Under the pieces are notes generated by a model. It was not told the origin of the DNA. It was given only the letters and a program-made list of their open reading frames with translations, and did no database searches. From Promethearchaeati archaeon (lineage in GTDB: Archaea > Asgardarchaeota > Heimdallarchaeia > Heimdallarchaeales > Heimdallarchaeaceae): a DNA stretch of 64,000 bases. This document shows positions 28,652 through 37,789 of this stretch, piece by piece (positions within the stretch are counted from its first letter, which is position 1; each line of letters opens with the position of its first letter). The DNA lies in contig JABLTJ010000014.1 of the NCBI GenBank assembly GCA_013166775.1, positions 1-64,000 on the forward strand. Direction: 5' to 3'. The position numbers and the translations under genes are program-made.

Positions 28652-30955
28652 ATAGAAGGGATTTTTGTAACGTTTTAGTAATAAAGCATTTAGAACCACA
28701 GAAACTGATGAAAGCGCCATTGCTAGACCTGCTATCTCTGCAGGAAGGAGAAAACCAAATGGAATGAATAGAATTCCTGCAGCAATAGGGATTCCAATAA
28801 CATTGTAAATTAGAGCCCAGAAAAGACCTAATTTGACTTTTCTTATTGTTTTTTTACTTAAATCTATAGCAGTTACAGCATCTTTCAAATCATCCTTTAT
28901 TAGAACTATATCCCCTGCCTCAATAGCTACATCTGAACCTGATCCAATAGCAATTCCTACATCAGATTGTGCTAAAGCGGGACTATCATTAACACCATCC
29001 CCCACAAACAGAACTTTTTGATTCTTTGCTTGATATTTCTTGACTACATCAACCTTTTCACTAGGAACAACTTCAGCATGAATTTCTTCAATGCCAACTT
29101 CCTTTGCGATCGAGGTAGCCGATCTGATATTATCACCGCTAACCATTACTACTGAAAGACCCAGTTTTAATAATTCCTGAATTGCTTCTTTCGAAGTTTG
29201 TTTGATTGTATCAGCAATCGCGATTAAACCAAGTATACTATCTTTACTAAAAAGAATCATTACAGTTTTCCCGTCATTTTCTAGCTTTTCCATTTTTGAT
29301 GAAATTTCTTCTGAAATTGAAACATTGGAATCTTCTGCTATTTTTCTATTTCCGAAATAATATAATGTACCTTCGACTGAAGATTCTATTCCTTTTCCTG
29401 GATGTGCTATAAAATTGTCTATATCTTTTAGCTCAATTTGCAGCTCCTCAGACTTACTTACTATTGCCTTTGCAATTGAATGTTCAGAACCTTTTTCCAT
29501 TGAACTAGCAATCTGAAGAAGTTGATTGTTCTGAAAATCATTGAAAGATACAATATCAGTGACTACAGGTTTACCTTCTGTAATTGTTCCTGTTTTATCT
29601 AAAAGAACAACATCTACTTGTCTTGCTACTTCGAGAGCTGTTCCAGATCTAATTAATATCCCATCTGATGCTCCTAAACCTGTACCAACCATAATAGCAG
29701 TTGGTGTAGCTAAGCCTAAAGCACAAGGACATGAAATAACAAGAACAGTTATTCCTGTAAGAAAAGCAAAAAGAAACATAGATACTCCATCAGGTAAGAT
29801 AGTACTACTTATAACTCCTGTTTGAAATAAAGCAAACCAAATTGTAAATGTTAAAATCGAAGCTAAAACCACAACTGGTACAAAAATTGCGGAAATCTTG
29901 TCAGCAAGCTTCTGAATTGGTAATTTAGAAGTCTGTGCTTCTTCAACCATTTTGATTATCTGATTAAGAGTTGTATCCTTTCCAATTCTTGTTGCTTTCA
30001 TTTTGAGAAAACCATTTTCGTTTATAGTTCCTCCAATTAATTCAGAATCTTTTTCTTTGAAAACAGCAATACTTTCTCCAGTTATCATAGCTTCATTAAC
30101 ATAACTCTGACCCTCTGTAACAATACCATCTACAGGTACACTATCACCTGGATGGATTAGGCAAATATCGTCATTCTTAACATCATCAATAGGGATTTCT
30201 ACTTCCTTATTTTCTCGAATGACAGTAGCAGTATTAGGTCTGAGTTCTATCAGTTTCTTTATCGCCTCAGAGGTTCTTCCTTTTGTTACTTCTTCTAGAT
30301 ATTTTCCTAGAAAAATAAAAGTTAGAAGAATTGCAGAAGTCTCAAAAAAGACTTCACCATGGTATGAAGTGTTTATGTAAGGATAGATCAGAGAAAATAA
30401 ACTGTAAAAATAAGCTGCTGAAGTTCCAAGAACGACAAGAACATCCATTGAAGCACTTTTAGCTTTTAGACTTTTCCAAGCATCTCTATAGAATGGAAAT
30501 GCTATGATAAATTGTATTGGTGTTGTTAGTATAAGTTGGATAAAATTCGAAAATGTCATTCCTCTAAAAATGAAGAAAGTTTGTTGCCAATTCGCAAATC
30601 CATCAAACCATAGTCTGAAAGGTAGCATATGGCCCATTGCAAAAACAAATACAGGTAAAGCTAATCCAAGACTCCAGAGAAACCTTTTTCTCATATCAAT
30701 GAGTTGAGTGTTCTTCATGTAAGAGAGTTCAACATTATCGAAAGAGACTTTGTAGCCTGCTGACTCAACAGCTTTCTTTATTTGTTTATCTTTCACAATA
30801 GAGGGATCAAAAAAGATTTGAGCACTATTACTGAGCAAATTGACAGCAGCAGAATTAATTCCTTCAACAGAAGAAAGAGCCTTTTCTACTCTGGTTACAC
30901 ATGCAGCACAGTGCATCCCTTCAACACTAACTGTTTTTTTTTCTATGTTGCTCAA
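28643..30955 (-). CDS. copA: Copper-translocating P1B-type ATPase
   Basis: GMHCAAC HMA, TGES, CPCALGLATP, DKTGT, SEHS, GDGVND, YN..GIP, MALSS. Confidence 0.97.
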   Translation of the reverse strand: MSNIEKKTVSVEGMHCAACVTRVEKALSSVEGINSAAVNLLSNSAQIFFDPSIVKDKQIKKAVESAGYKVSFDNVELSYMKNTQLIDMRKRFLWSLGLALPVFVFAMGHMLPFRLWFDGFANWQQTFFIFRGMTFSNFIQLILTTPIQFIIAFPFYRDAWKSLKAKSASMDVLVVLGTSAAYFYSLFSLIYPYINTSYHGEVFFETSAILLTFIFLGKYLEEVTKGRTSEAIKKLIELRPNTATVIRENKEVEIPIDDVKNDDICLIHPGDSVPVDGIVTEGQSYVNEAMITGESIAVFKEKDSELIGGTINENGFLKMKATRIGKDTTLNQIIKMVEEAQTSKLPIQKLADKISAIFVPVVVLASILTFTIWFALFQTGVISSTILPDGVSMFLFAFLTGITVLVISCPCALGLATPTAIMVGTGLGASDGILIRSGTALEVARQVDVVLLDKTGTITEGKPVVTDIVSFNDFQNNQLLQIASSMEKGSEHSIAKAIVSKSEELQIELKDIDNFIAHPGKGIESSVEGTLYYFGNRKIAEDSNVSISEEISSKMEKLENDGKTVMILFSKDSILGLIAIADTIKQTSKEAIQELLKLGLSVVMVSGDNIRSATSIAKEVGIEEIHAEVVPSEKVDVVKKYQAKNQKVLFVGDGVNDSPALAQSDVGIAIGSGSDVAIEAGDIVLIKDDLKDAVTAIDLSKKTIRKVKLGLFWALIYNVIGIPIAAGILFIPFGFLLPAEIAGLAMALSSVSVVLNALLLKRYKNPFYSR

Positions 30956-31012
30956 TTCAATCTAACTCTTTCAAATTTCCTTAAAAATCTGTTTACTTTG
31001 GTGTTTCAGTTT

Positions 31013-31222
31013 TCATGAAGATGCTTTATAACCCACAGATTCAACAGCTTCAATCAGTTTTTCAAGTTTAACTTTTCCCTTTTTCGCAGTGATTTCAGCT
31101 GAATCTTTCTCATGACTAACATCGACATCTTTGACTCCAGAAACAGATCTAAGTGCTTTTGAGACAGTCATTTCGCAATGACTACAAGTCATTCCTTCAA
31201 CTTTTAATGTTAGAGTTTCCAT
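31013..31222 (-). CDS. copZ: Copper chaperone
   Basis: VEGMTCSHC HMA fold, directly upstream of copA. Confidence 0.92.
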   Translation of the reverse strand: METLTLKVEGMTCSHCEMTVSKALRSVSGVKDVDVSHEKDSAEITAKKGKVKLEKLIEAVESVGYKASS

Positions 31223-31276
31223 AATTCTCATTTAAATTATGTTGAAAAAGCTTTATGAATAAAACTGTTTGACAAA

Positions 31277-31289
31277 ATACTCTAGGTAT
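31277..31289. promoter_or_regulatory. Possible metal-regulator operator (ATAC-tctag-GTAT)
   Basis: Short palindrome upstream of copZ resembling CsoR-type ATAC...GTAT boxes. No regulator gene adjacent. Confidence 0.3.
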
Positions 31290-31312
31290 AAATTGAAGTG
31301 TTTTTTTTGAAA

Positions 31313-31528
31313 TTAAAGAAGCATAGCTGTGAATCCAAGTGCAACAATCATTGTCTTTATCTTATAACTAGATATAACCAAGTTTTCAATTTTGACAGTA
31401 GCTTGTTTTTCACCATAGTCAACTTCAGAGCATTCAATACCTGCAGTTTGCTCTAAAGCAAGCGCTATTATTTTAGCACATTTACTGCAATGTATGTCCG
31501 AAATTTCTAGCGAAATTGTCTGTTTCAT
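31313..31528 (-). CDS. Heavy-metal-associated (HMA) domain protein
   Basis: ISDIHCSKC, HMA length and pattern. Confidence 0.8.
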   Translation of the reverse strand: MKQTISLEISDIHCSKCAKIIALALEQTAGIECSEVDYGEKQATVKIENLVISSYKIKTMIVALGFTAMLL

Positions 31529-31711
31529 GGGCCTAAGATAACGATAGAGTTGATGCCTTTTTAAAGTGACTATTAAACCAATTTTTGATGTTTAAGTAGT
31601 TTTTTCACTTTTCTTTTTTCAAAAATTATTTTTAATCAAATTGGATGGTTCGCTAGATTTAAAATTTGTAGACAAAACATATTCAAACCTTACATCTATC
31701 AACTATGAAAG

Positions 31712-33640
31712 TTATACTAATTTCTTTCTCTTCAAAATGAGAAATATGTTTGTTAGTGAAATGCAGGAAATAGATATTATTATGATTATATTTCGAGTTA
31801 AGGGATTCCTCACTTTAATAAGATAGTCGACTTTAATAGAGTTGAAGAAATGGTCCTCGGCTGACACAGAGAAAAGCCAATTTCCAGCATCTAGTGTTGA
31901 TAAATCAAAATCAAAAGTCACATTTGGTGCAAATACACTTTCATTGGACGCTAGATGGTTCTGATTTAGTGTTATTCTAAAATCCTTTAGGTTCATGTCA
32001 AATATCTCAATGGTTAGATTGTTTTTCTCACCCAATTTCAACTTTTGTTCATATGTAGGAATTATAGATATCTGAGGAGGGAGAGAGTCTCTTTGTGGTG
32101 TTATGTGCATAGTGATATCTAGGGTATCTTCTACTCCAGTTGCATCTATTAGTTCAACTGTAAAATAATGCCAACCAGCTGTTAGATTTGTTAAAGTAAG
32201 AGCCTTGATTTGAAAAAATGCTCCCCAGTGTCCACCACATAAATTGTATTCGTCGAATTGTTTCTTGTATATATATGTTGTCCAGTTTGTGTCAGAGTAG
32301 ACTGAATAAGATAGAAACATATAGTATCCCTCTGCAAATCTATAAAATCTACAACCTGATAAGTAAGAATCCCATGCCGGAGGAGAAATAACTCTCCTAT
32401 CAGTGATAGAGGCAAACCAAGCGGAATAGTGATTGAATGTATCAAATATAACTAAAGTGATTATGATATAGTATTCTTCTTTATGAAGAGATGAATGATT
32501 AATCTGAAGATTAAGAATACCAGAAGTAAGATTTGAAAATGATGAATAGAGTTCATTATTTACGTAACACTGGATAGTTATATTATCTGAAGAATCATGA
32601 AGAGATATAGGAATGTTTATTGAATCGTTTCCGTCATATAGATTCATATCTGTTTCTAAAAAGATAGCTAATGGAAGATCAGCATCTTCTGTTGAATTAT
32701 AGCCTGAATTGCATTCAAATAATGTGTAAGACGAATTACGAATCCTGTTTACGAAACGGTAACCTTCAACATCACAACCAAAATCCTCACTATATTGAGT
32801 CCAATTATCCCAATTGCATATGTCTGAGTGAATGAGATTATACTTAAGTAAGAAACCAGATGAACTATCAACAAAATACTGCCTAGTTATTGTAGAATGA
32901 GTAGTATATTCGAAGTATATATCATGAATCTGGTTTGAAACAACTCCTGTACGTGAAGAAATACTCTCGTATAAATCCACATCTATTAGATGGTTTTTCC
33001 CATTTATGAAAAAATGGTCTTGAAAAGATAATTTATAATCAGTATAGGAAAAATAACGGTCACCACTTGATGAGATGTCAAGATTAATTACTTCATCATA
33101 ATAATCAAGGCATATTCTTTCATTATATTCATTCCAGAAATTCTTTTCAGGAACATCACTTATGTTTACATCTTCTATTAAATTCCAATCCTGGATATCA
33201 TAATCATAATGCCATTCTCTTTCTGTTCGATGAAAATCAGTAATATTTATAGAAATAATTTCATCAAGAAAAACTTGTTCAGGAGTATTGAAGCTAATCT
33301 GATAATTCTCAAAATACTCTGTACATTTACTATAATTTATGAATTGTTTAAAAGATCGAATAGCAGAATCTGTAGGGATAGGATTGTTTTCAAAGAATCG
33401 CATTTGTTTGACAATAAATTGATCAGTATGGTTTTGCTTGTAAATTAGACTATCGTTTTGATCTAACTTATAAAATCCATTTTCTATATCAACATTCTGT
33501 TGTGAAATACCTTTTGACAAACTAGATTTATTATAATCTATATTAGCAGTTCTTATTGATTCCGTAGTGATTAGATAACATGAACTTAGAGTAAGATAGA
33601 AAATAATTAGAATAATAATATCTCTATTCTCATGTTTCAT
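31712..33640 (-). CDS. Secreted/surface protein with C-terminal Ig-like domains and TM+basic tail
   Basis: Signal peptide, LTAGWHYFTVELID and LDAGNWLFSVSAED Ig-like motifs, tail IFLILKRKK. Confidence 0.7.
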   Translation of the reverse strand: MKHENRDIIILIIFYLTLSSCYLITTESIRTANIDYNKSSLSKGISQQNVDIENGFYKLDQNDSLIYKQNHTDQFIVKQMRFFENNPIPTDSAIRSFKQFINYSKCTEYFENYQISFNTPEQVFLDEIISINITDFHRTEREWHYDYDIQDWNLIEDVNISDVPEKNFWNEYNERICLDYYDEVINLDISSSGDRYFSYTDYKLSFQDHFFINGKNHLIDVDLYESISSRTGVVSNQIHDIYFEYTTHSTITRQYFVDSSSGFLLKYNLIHSDICNWDNWTQYSEDFGCDVEGYRFVNRIRNSSYTLFECNSGYNSTEDADLPLAIFLETDMNLYDGNDSINIPISLHDSSDNITIQCYVNNELYSSFSNLTSGILNLQINHSSLHKEEYYIIITLVIFDTFNHYSAWFASITDRRVISPPAWDSYLSGCRFYRFAEGYYMFLSYSVYSDTNWTTYIYKKQFDEYNLCGGHWGAFFQIKALTLTNLTAGWHYFTVELIDATGVEDTLDITMHITPQRDSLPPQISIIPTYEQKLKLGEKNNLTIEIFDMNLKDFRITLNQNHLASNESVFAPNVTFDFDLSTLDAGNWLFSVSAEDHFFNSIKVDYLIKVRNPLTRNIIIIISISCISLTNIFLILKRKKLV

Positions 33641-33766
33641 CTAATCGACCACATTCTTATAAAACTAAGGTAAAAACACCTATAAACATCTTGGTGACGT
33701 GTAGAAAAATCTTTGAAAAAATTGAAAATACATTAGATTTAAATTTTGGAACGATATATGCATGTT

Positions 33767-34897
33767 ATGTCATCTGAAAAATCTTTTCAGTATTTGAAGA
33801 AATTTTGGAAACTTGAAATGGTAGCTTCTTCTTTATATGATTTTCTTGCAAAAAGGACTACAAAAAAAAGAAAAAGAGGTATAGAGAAAATAGCGAAAAT
33901 GGAGAGAGGACATGCAAATGTTTGGAACAATATCTCTCAGAAGGGTTTTGACTATTCATTCCAACCAAATATCACATTAAAAATCCGAATCTTAATCATG
34001 AAATTTATTTCTTTCCTCTTTCCGAAAACAATATTTATTCATTATATGGAATTGGGAGAACGTAATGCTATTATAGAATACACAAAAATTCGTGAAGCAT
34101 TTCGAGAAGATAAGAAAGCACTAGAAATGATTGAGAATATAATAAGAGATGAAGTTCGTCATGAATGGGAAATGATGGAACTAGTAGCCGACAAATCTGG
34201 TTACATAAGAAAAGCAAAGGAAGCTGTTCATGGACTAATAGCAGGAATTCTAGAAACTATAGCAGTCTTAGTAGGTTTTATTGCTGCAGATCTAGATATT
34301 CTATTTGTAGGTCTCGCAACTCTAATTGCAACAATTACAGGATTGATAACAATATTGACAATATCATATTTATCTGTAAAAAGTGAATATGATATACACG
34401 TGGGTGAAATTGCAACAATAGAGGCAAAGCATGGTATAGAACCTAGAGCACTAAGAACTGATTTAGAACATCTTTTAGTTGATCACGGAATAGCATTTGA
34501 AATGGCACAAGAAGTTGTAGAAGTTATTGGTGATGATCCAGACGTTTTAAGAAATCTAGTTAGAACAATGAAACTTCTAGAAGTTGGACATATAACACCA
34601 AGAGAAGCTTTAATTACAACAGGGTTATTCTTTCTACTAGGAACATTACCTACCGTTATACCATTCTTCATATATGCTTTTCTTGGATATGAAAACCTCC
34701 TTTATCCAGCAATCATAGCTACTGTTCTTGCAGTGATTGTCATTGCTGTAGCAGGTGTTTATAAGGGTGTACTCTCAAATAAAAGACCAATCTTTGAAAT
34801 TTTAAAATTTCTAGGAGTGATGATAGGTACTTCTGCTATTACTTATTTGATAGGTTTCCTAGCACGTCTTGTTTTAGGAACAGGCATTCTACATTAG
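33767..34897 (+). CDS. Rubrerythrin-like (ferritin fold) - VIT1/CCC1 fusion, putative iron exporter
   Basis: EMVASSLY, MERGH, ELGE, DEVRHE diiron motifs followed by a VIT1-type TM region. Confidence 0.8.
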   Translation: MSSEKSFQYLKKFWKLEMVASSLYDFLAKRTTKKRKRGIEKIAKMERGHANVWNNISQKGFDYSFQPNITLKIRILIMKFISFLFPKTIFIHYMELGERNAIIEYTKIREAFREDKKALEMIENIIRDEVRHEWEMMELVADKSGYIRKAKEAVHGLIAGILETIAVLVGFIAADLDILFVGLATLIATITGLITILTISYLSVKSEYDIHVGEIATIEAKHGIEPRALRTDLEHLLVDHGIAFEMAQEVVEVIGDDPDVLRNLVRTMKLLEVGHITPREALITTGLFFLLGTLPTVIPFFIYAFLGYENLLYPAIIATVLAVIVIAVAGVYKGVLSNKRPIFEILKFLGVMIGTSAITYLIGFLARLVLGTGILH

Positions 34898-34916
34898 AAA
34901 TGAAGACAACAATGAT

Positions 34917-35690
34917 TTAATCTTGTATCTCATAGGAGACGTCAAGATTTCCAGTGAAGATATTCAAAAATTGCGTACTTCGTTTCTCTTCAGGAACGTT
35001 TTCTTTATTCATTTCTTCTTCTATTTCTTTCTTCAATTCATCAATATTCCTTATAAATTTGAAAATAATATCGTTTATTTTAAACAAATGTTTCCATTTA
35101 CTAAGCTTAATATGATTAACGTAAATACTGATATCCATTGGAGATATCTTTATTTTGTCTATTACATTTTCTCTTCCTTTTTTTTCAATGACATCAGTAA
35201 TATCGTCTATTTTGCTTATAACCTCATTAATCATAACATTCTGAAGATTGGTAACGAAATTAAAGTAGTGTCTTGTCAAAGGAATTTCTTCTAATTTATC
35301 TGCGGAAAGAATTTCACCAGCAATATATCTATTCAATTCTTCTTCTGAGTATTTCTCGATATCTCGAAGATCATCTGTGATTCTATCAGTTCGATCAGCC
35401 ATGGCTTGCATATGATCATCATATAATTTTTTTGTAATAGATGAAAGTTTGTAGAATTTACCCCAACTATCCTCTGATTTCTTACTATCAAAAGCAATTA
35501 TTCCATCATTTTTTAGTTTCCTGATATACCTCAGGGTTGTACTTTCAGGTTTATTTATCATAATGGCGATTTTCTTAAGATTGAGTGATTCATACCAATT
35601 AAGAGCAGTTACTATCCCAAACTCAATTTCATCATCAACTAGAGTTAAGTACTTGTTCTTAGTTTTTTTATTTTCTTTATTTTTACTCAT
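34917..35690 (-). CDS. Winged HTH (ArsR-like) transcriptional regulator
   Basis: LNLKKIAIMINKPESTTLRYIRKLKNDGII..KFYKLS. Divergent from the MFS genes. Confidence 0.8.
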   Translation of the reverse strand: MSKNKENKKTKNKYLTLVDDEIEFGIVTALNWYESLNLKKIAIMINKPESTTLRYIRKLKNDGIIAFDSKKSEDSWGKFYKLSSITKKLYDDHMQAMADRTDRITDDLRDIEKYSEEELNRYIAGEILSADKLEEIPLTRHYFNFVTNLQNVMINEVISKIDDITDVIEKKGRENVIDKIKISPMDISIYVNHIKLSKWKHLFKINDIIFKFIRNIDELKKEIEEEMNKENVPEEKRSTQFLNIFTGNLDVSYEIQD

Positions 35691-35716
35691 TCTTATTCAC
35701 AAATACACATATACTT

Positions 35717-35841
35717 GTTCGTTTTAAAAGTTTTTCCATTTTGAAATAAATTTCACAATGAGAGAAATGTTTATAAAACTTATGTCACAAAGTATTTCAA
35801 ATAGGAATTTCTTTTATTTTGGAAGAAGTTCTAAAACGGAA
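35717..35841. promoter_or_regulatory. Divergent promoter with 3+3 array of TTTCA-N3-TGAAA-like palindromes at 17-bp period
   Basis: Copies start at 35717 (weak), 35734, 35751 and 35795, 35812, 35829. TATA-like boxes at 35722-35729 and 35770-35777. Confidence 0.7.
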
Positions 35842-35850
35842 GTAATAAAA

Positions 35851-37248
35851 ATGGATGAAAAACAATCGGAAATTTTGGTTGAAGGCGAAAAGAAGAAACC
35901 TAATGCTATTGTCTTGTTAAGGAATAGAGATTTTTCAGCTTTATTCTTTGGAGGATTCATTTCCAACATTGGATCTTGGTTCACAATGGTTGCAATATTC
36001 TTTTTAGCGCTTCAATTCACAGAACATTTAACACCAACTGAATCAACTCAAGCTGTAGCACTATTAACAACCTGTTCTTTAATACCTATGTTAGCTCTTG
36101 GTCCATTGGCTGGGGCTTTAGTTGATAAATTTGATAGAAAGAAAGTAATGGTTCTCGCCGACTTTCTAGGAGCTGGAGCTGCGATAGCTTTATTCTTCTC
36201 AACTCAAATGTGGCACCTATATTTGTTTATGATATTTAACAGCAGCGTTAGGCAGTTCTTTTATCCTGCAAGAATGGCAAGTATCCCTAGAATTGCTAAA
36301 CAAGATCAGCTATTAACAGCTAATGGGATTATCCAGACAACTAACCAAATAGCAAGAATGTTAGGACCATTGATAGCAGGATTTATAGCAGCAAGTCTTG
36401 GATTAAAAATTGCATTTCTCTTTGATGCTGGAACCTACATTGCTTCAGCAATTCTTATAGTAATTATTAAAACTGATCTCAAGCCAGCTAAAAATAGTGA
36501 AGGAGTAAATGTGAAAAGCGTCCTTATAGGAATGAGAGATGGATTTAGGATAACATTTAGGGATAAAATCATTAGATTTGTAGTTATAACATTTGGTATT
36601 ACAATCTTAGCAATAGGCGCAATAGATCCAGTAGGAATCCCATATTTGAACTTCGAGTTTGGTTTAGGAGAAAAGGATTTTGGATTAATGATGAGTTTCT
36701 CAGCTATAAGTGGAGTAATAGCTGCAGTAATCCTATCAGTTAAAGGACAGCTGAAGAACAAGCTTACTTTCATGTCAATTGCAATTGTTGCCTTAGGAGT
36801 TTCAGTAGCTATACTTTCATTCTCCCCATTTGTAGTAAGTCCAGTTGTTTGGTTATATTTAGGGATGTGTTTGATAGGATTTACAAATGTAGGTTTCAGC
36901 ATACCATTCTCAACATTATTGCAAACAATAGTAAAAAATGAAAACTTGGGAAAAGTAAGTGGAGTTATAGATACAATTATGACTGCTTCATCTTTGATCG
37001 CATCCTTATTAGCAGTTGCACTCACTGGTTATATCTCAATAAGCTTACTATTAGGTATTGTAGCTGCAGTAGTTTTAATGGCAGGCATAGTATCACTTGT
37101 TATAATCAAAGCGAAAGGCCTTGAGGAACTAACTCAAAGAAAAGAAGAAAAGATGAAATCCGATCTAAAAGATATAGAAGAAGAATTTGCAGAAATATCT
37201 TTAGAAGAACAAAAATCTAAAGAGATACGCGCTGCAATTCTCCTCTGA
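35851..37248 (+). CDS. MFS transporter (DHA3/MefA-like exporter), paralogue 1
   Basis: AGALVDKFDRKKVM motif A, FFYPA, ~12 TMs. Start MDEKQ chosen by paralogy. Confidence 0.92.
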   Translation: MDEKQSEILVEGEKKKPNAIVLLRNRDFSALFFGGFISNIGSWFTMVAIFFLALQFTEHLTPTESTQAVALLTTCSLIPMLALGPLAGALVDKFDRKKVMVLADFLGAGAAIALFFSTQMWHLYLFMIFNSSVRQFFYPARMASIPRIAKQDQLLTANGIIQTTNQIARMLGPLIAGFIAASLGLKIAFLFDAGTYIASAILIVIIKTDLKPAKNSEGVNVKSVLIGMRDGFRITFRDKIIRFVVITFGITILAIGAIDPVGIPYLNFEFGLGEKDFGLMMSFSAISGVIAAVILSVKGQLKNKLTFMSIAIVALGVSVAILSFSPFVVSPVVWLYLGMCLIGFTNVGFSIPFSTLLQTIVKNENLGKVSGVIDTIMTASSLIASLLAVALTGYISISLLLGIVAAVVLMAGIVSLVIIKAKGLEELTQRKEEKMKSDLKDIEEEFAEISLEEQKSKEIRAAILL

Positions 37249-37563
37249 TTAAACTTTTTTTTTTATTTTTCAAATTTTTATTAGTTAAAATAATAACCAA
37301 AGTATACACTATATATCGCGTTTTAGATCATTATCTAAAAATAAATACAACGAAAATTTAGAAGTTTCTATTCATGATTAGCTAATGAGTTTGATAATTA
37401 ATCCATTCAATTTACTACGTAAAATTTTCAGTTTTTTCCCTTGACTAATTAGTTTAATAATTTAGTTGATTGTATTAAAATATTCTTAAATAAAACGATA
37501 AGAGAGAGTTGTTTGATTGTAAAATTGATTGGAATTGAAAAAAAATCTGATAAGAAAAAACTG

Positions 37564-37614
37564 TTGGTCACTTAGTGGACACAGTTGTTCAGTGTTTTCT
37601 TAAAGGGTGACCAA
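37564..37614. promoter_or_regulatory. Inverted repeat / structured leader upstream of small ORF
   Basis: TTGGTCAC (37564-37571) ... GTGACCAA (37607-37614), GC-richer than the flanks. Confidence 0.5.
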
Positions 37615-37642
37615 TCAAAATAGTATTAGAAAAACTAAGGTG

Positions 37643-37783
37643 ATGTTAATGAAAGGAAATGCAGACAAATCAAGAAGAAAAATAGAAATGGAAGGAGCAT
37701 ACTGGTTGTTATTTGGGCAAGCATGTTCAGTATTACCACAAAGGGAAAATTCCCTAAGAAAGTATAGAGTAAGCAAAGTGTGA
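37643..37783 (+). CDS. Unannotated 46-aa small protein MLMKGNADKSRRKIEMEGAYWLLFGQACSVLPQRENSLRKYRVSKV
   Basis: AGGTGA SD-like motif at the start (better spaced for the third-codon ATG); stop is 6 bp before the MFS2 start. Confidence 0.55.
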   Translation: MLMKGNADKSRRKIEMEGAYWLLFGQACSVLPQRENSLRKYRVSKV

Positions 37784-37789
37784 TCTAAT

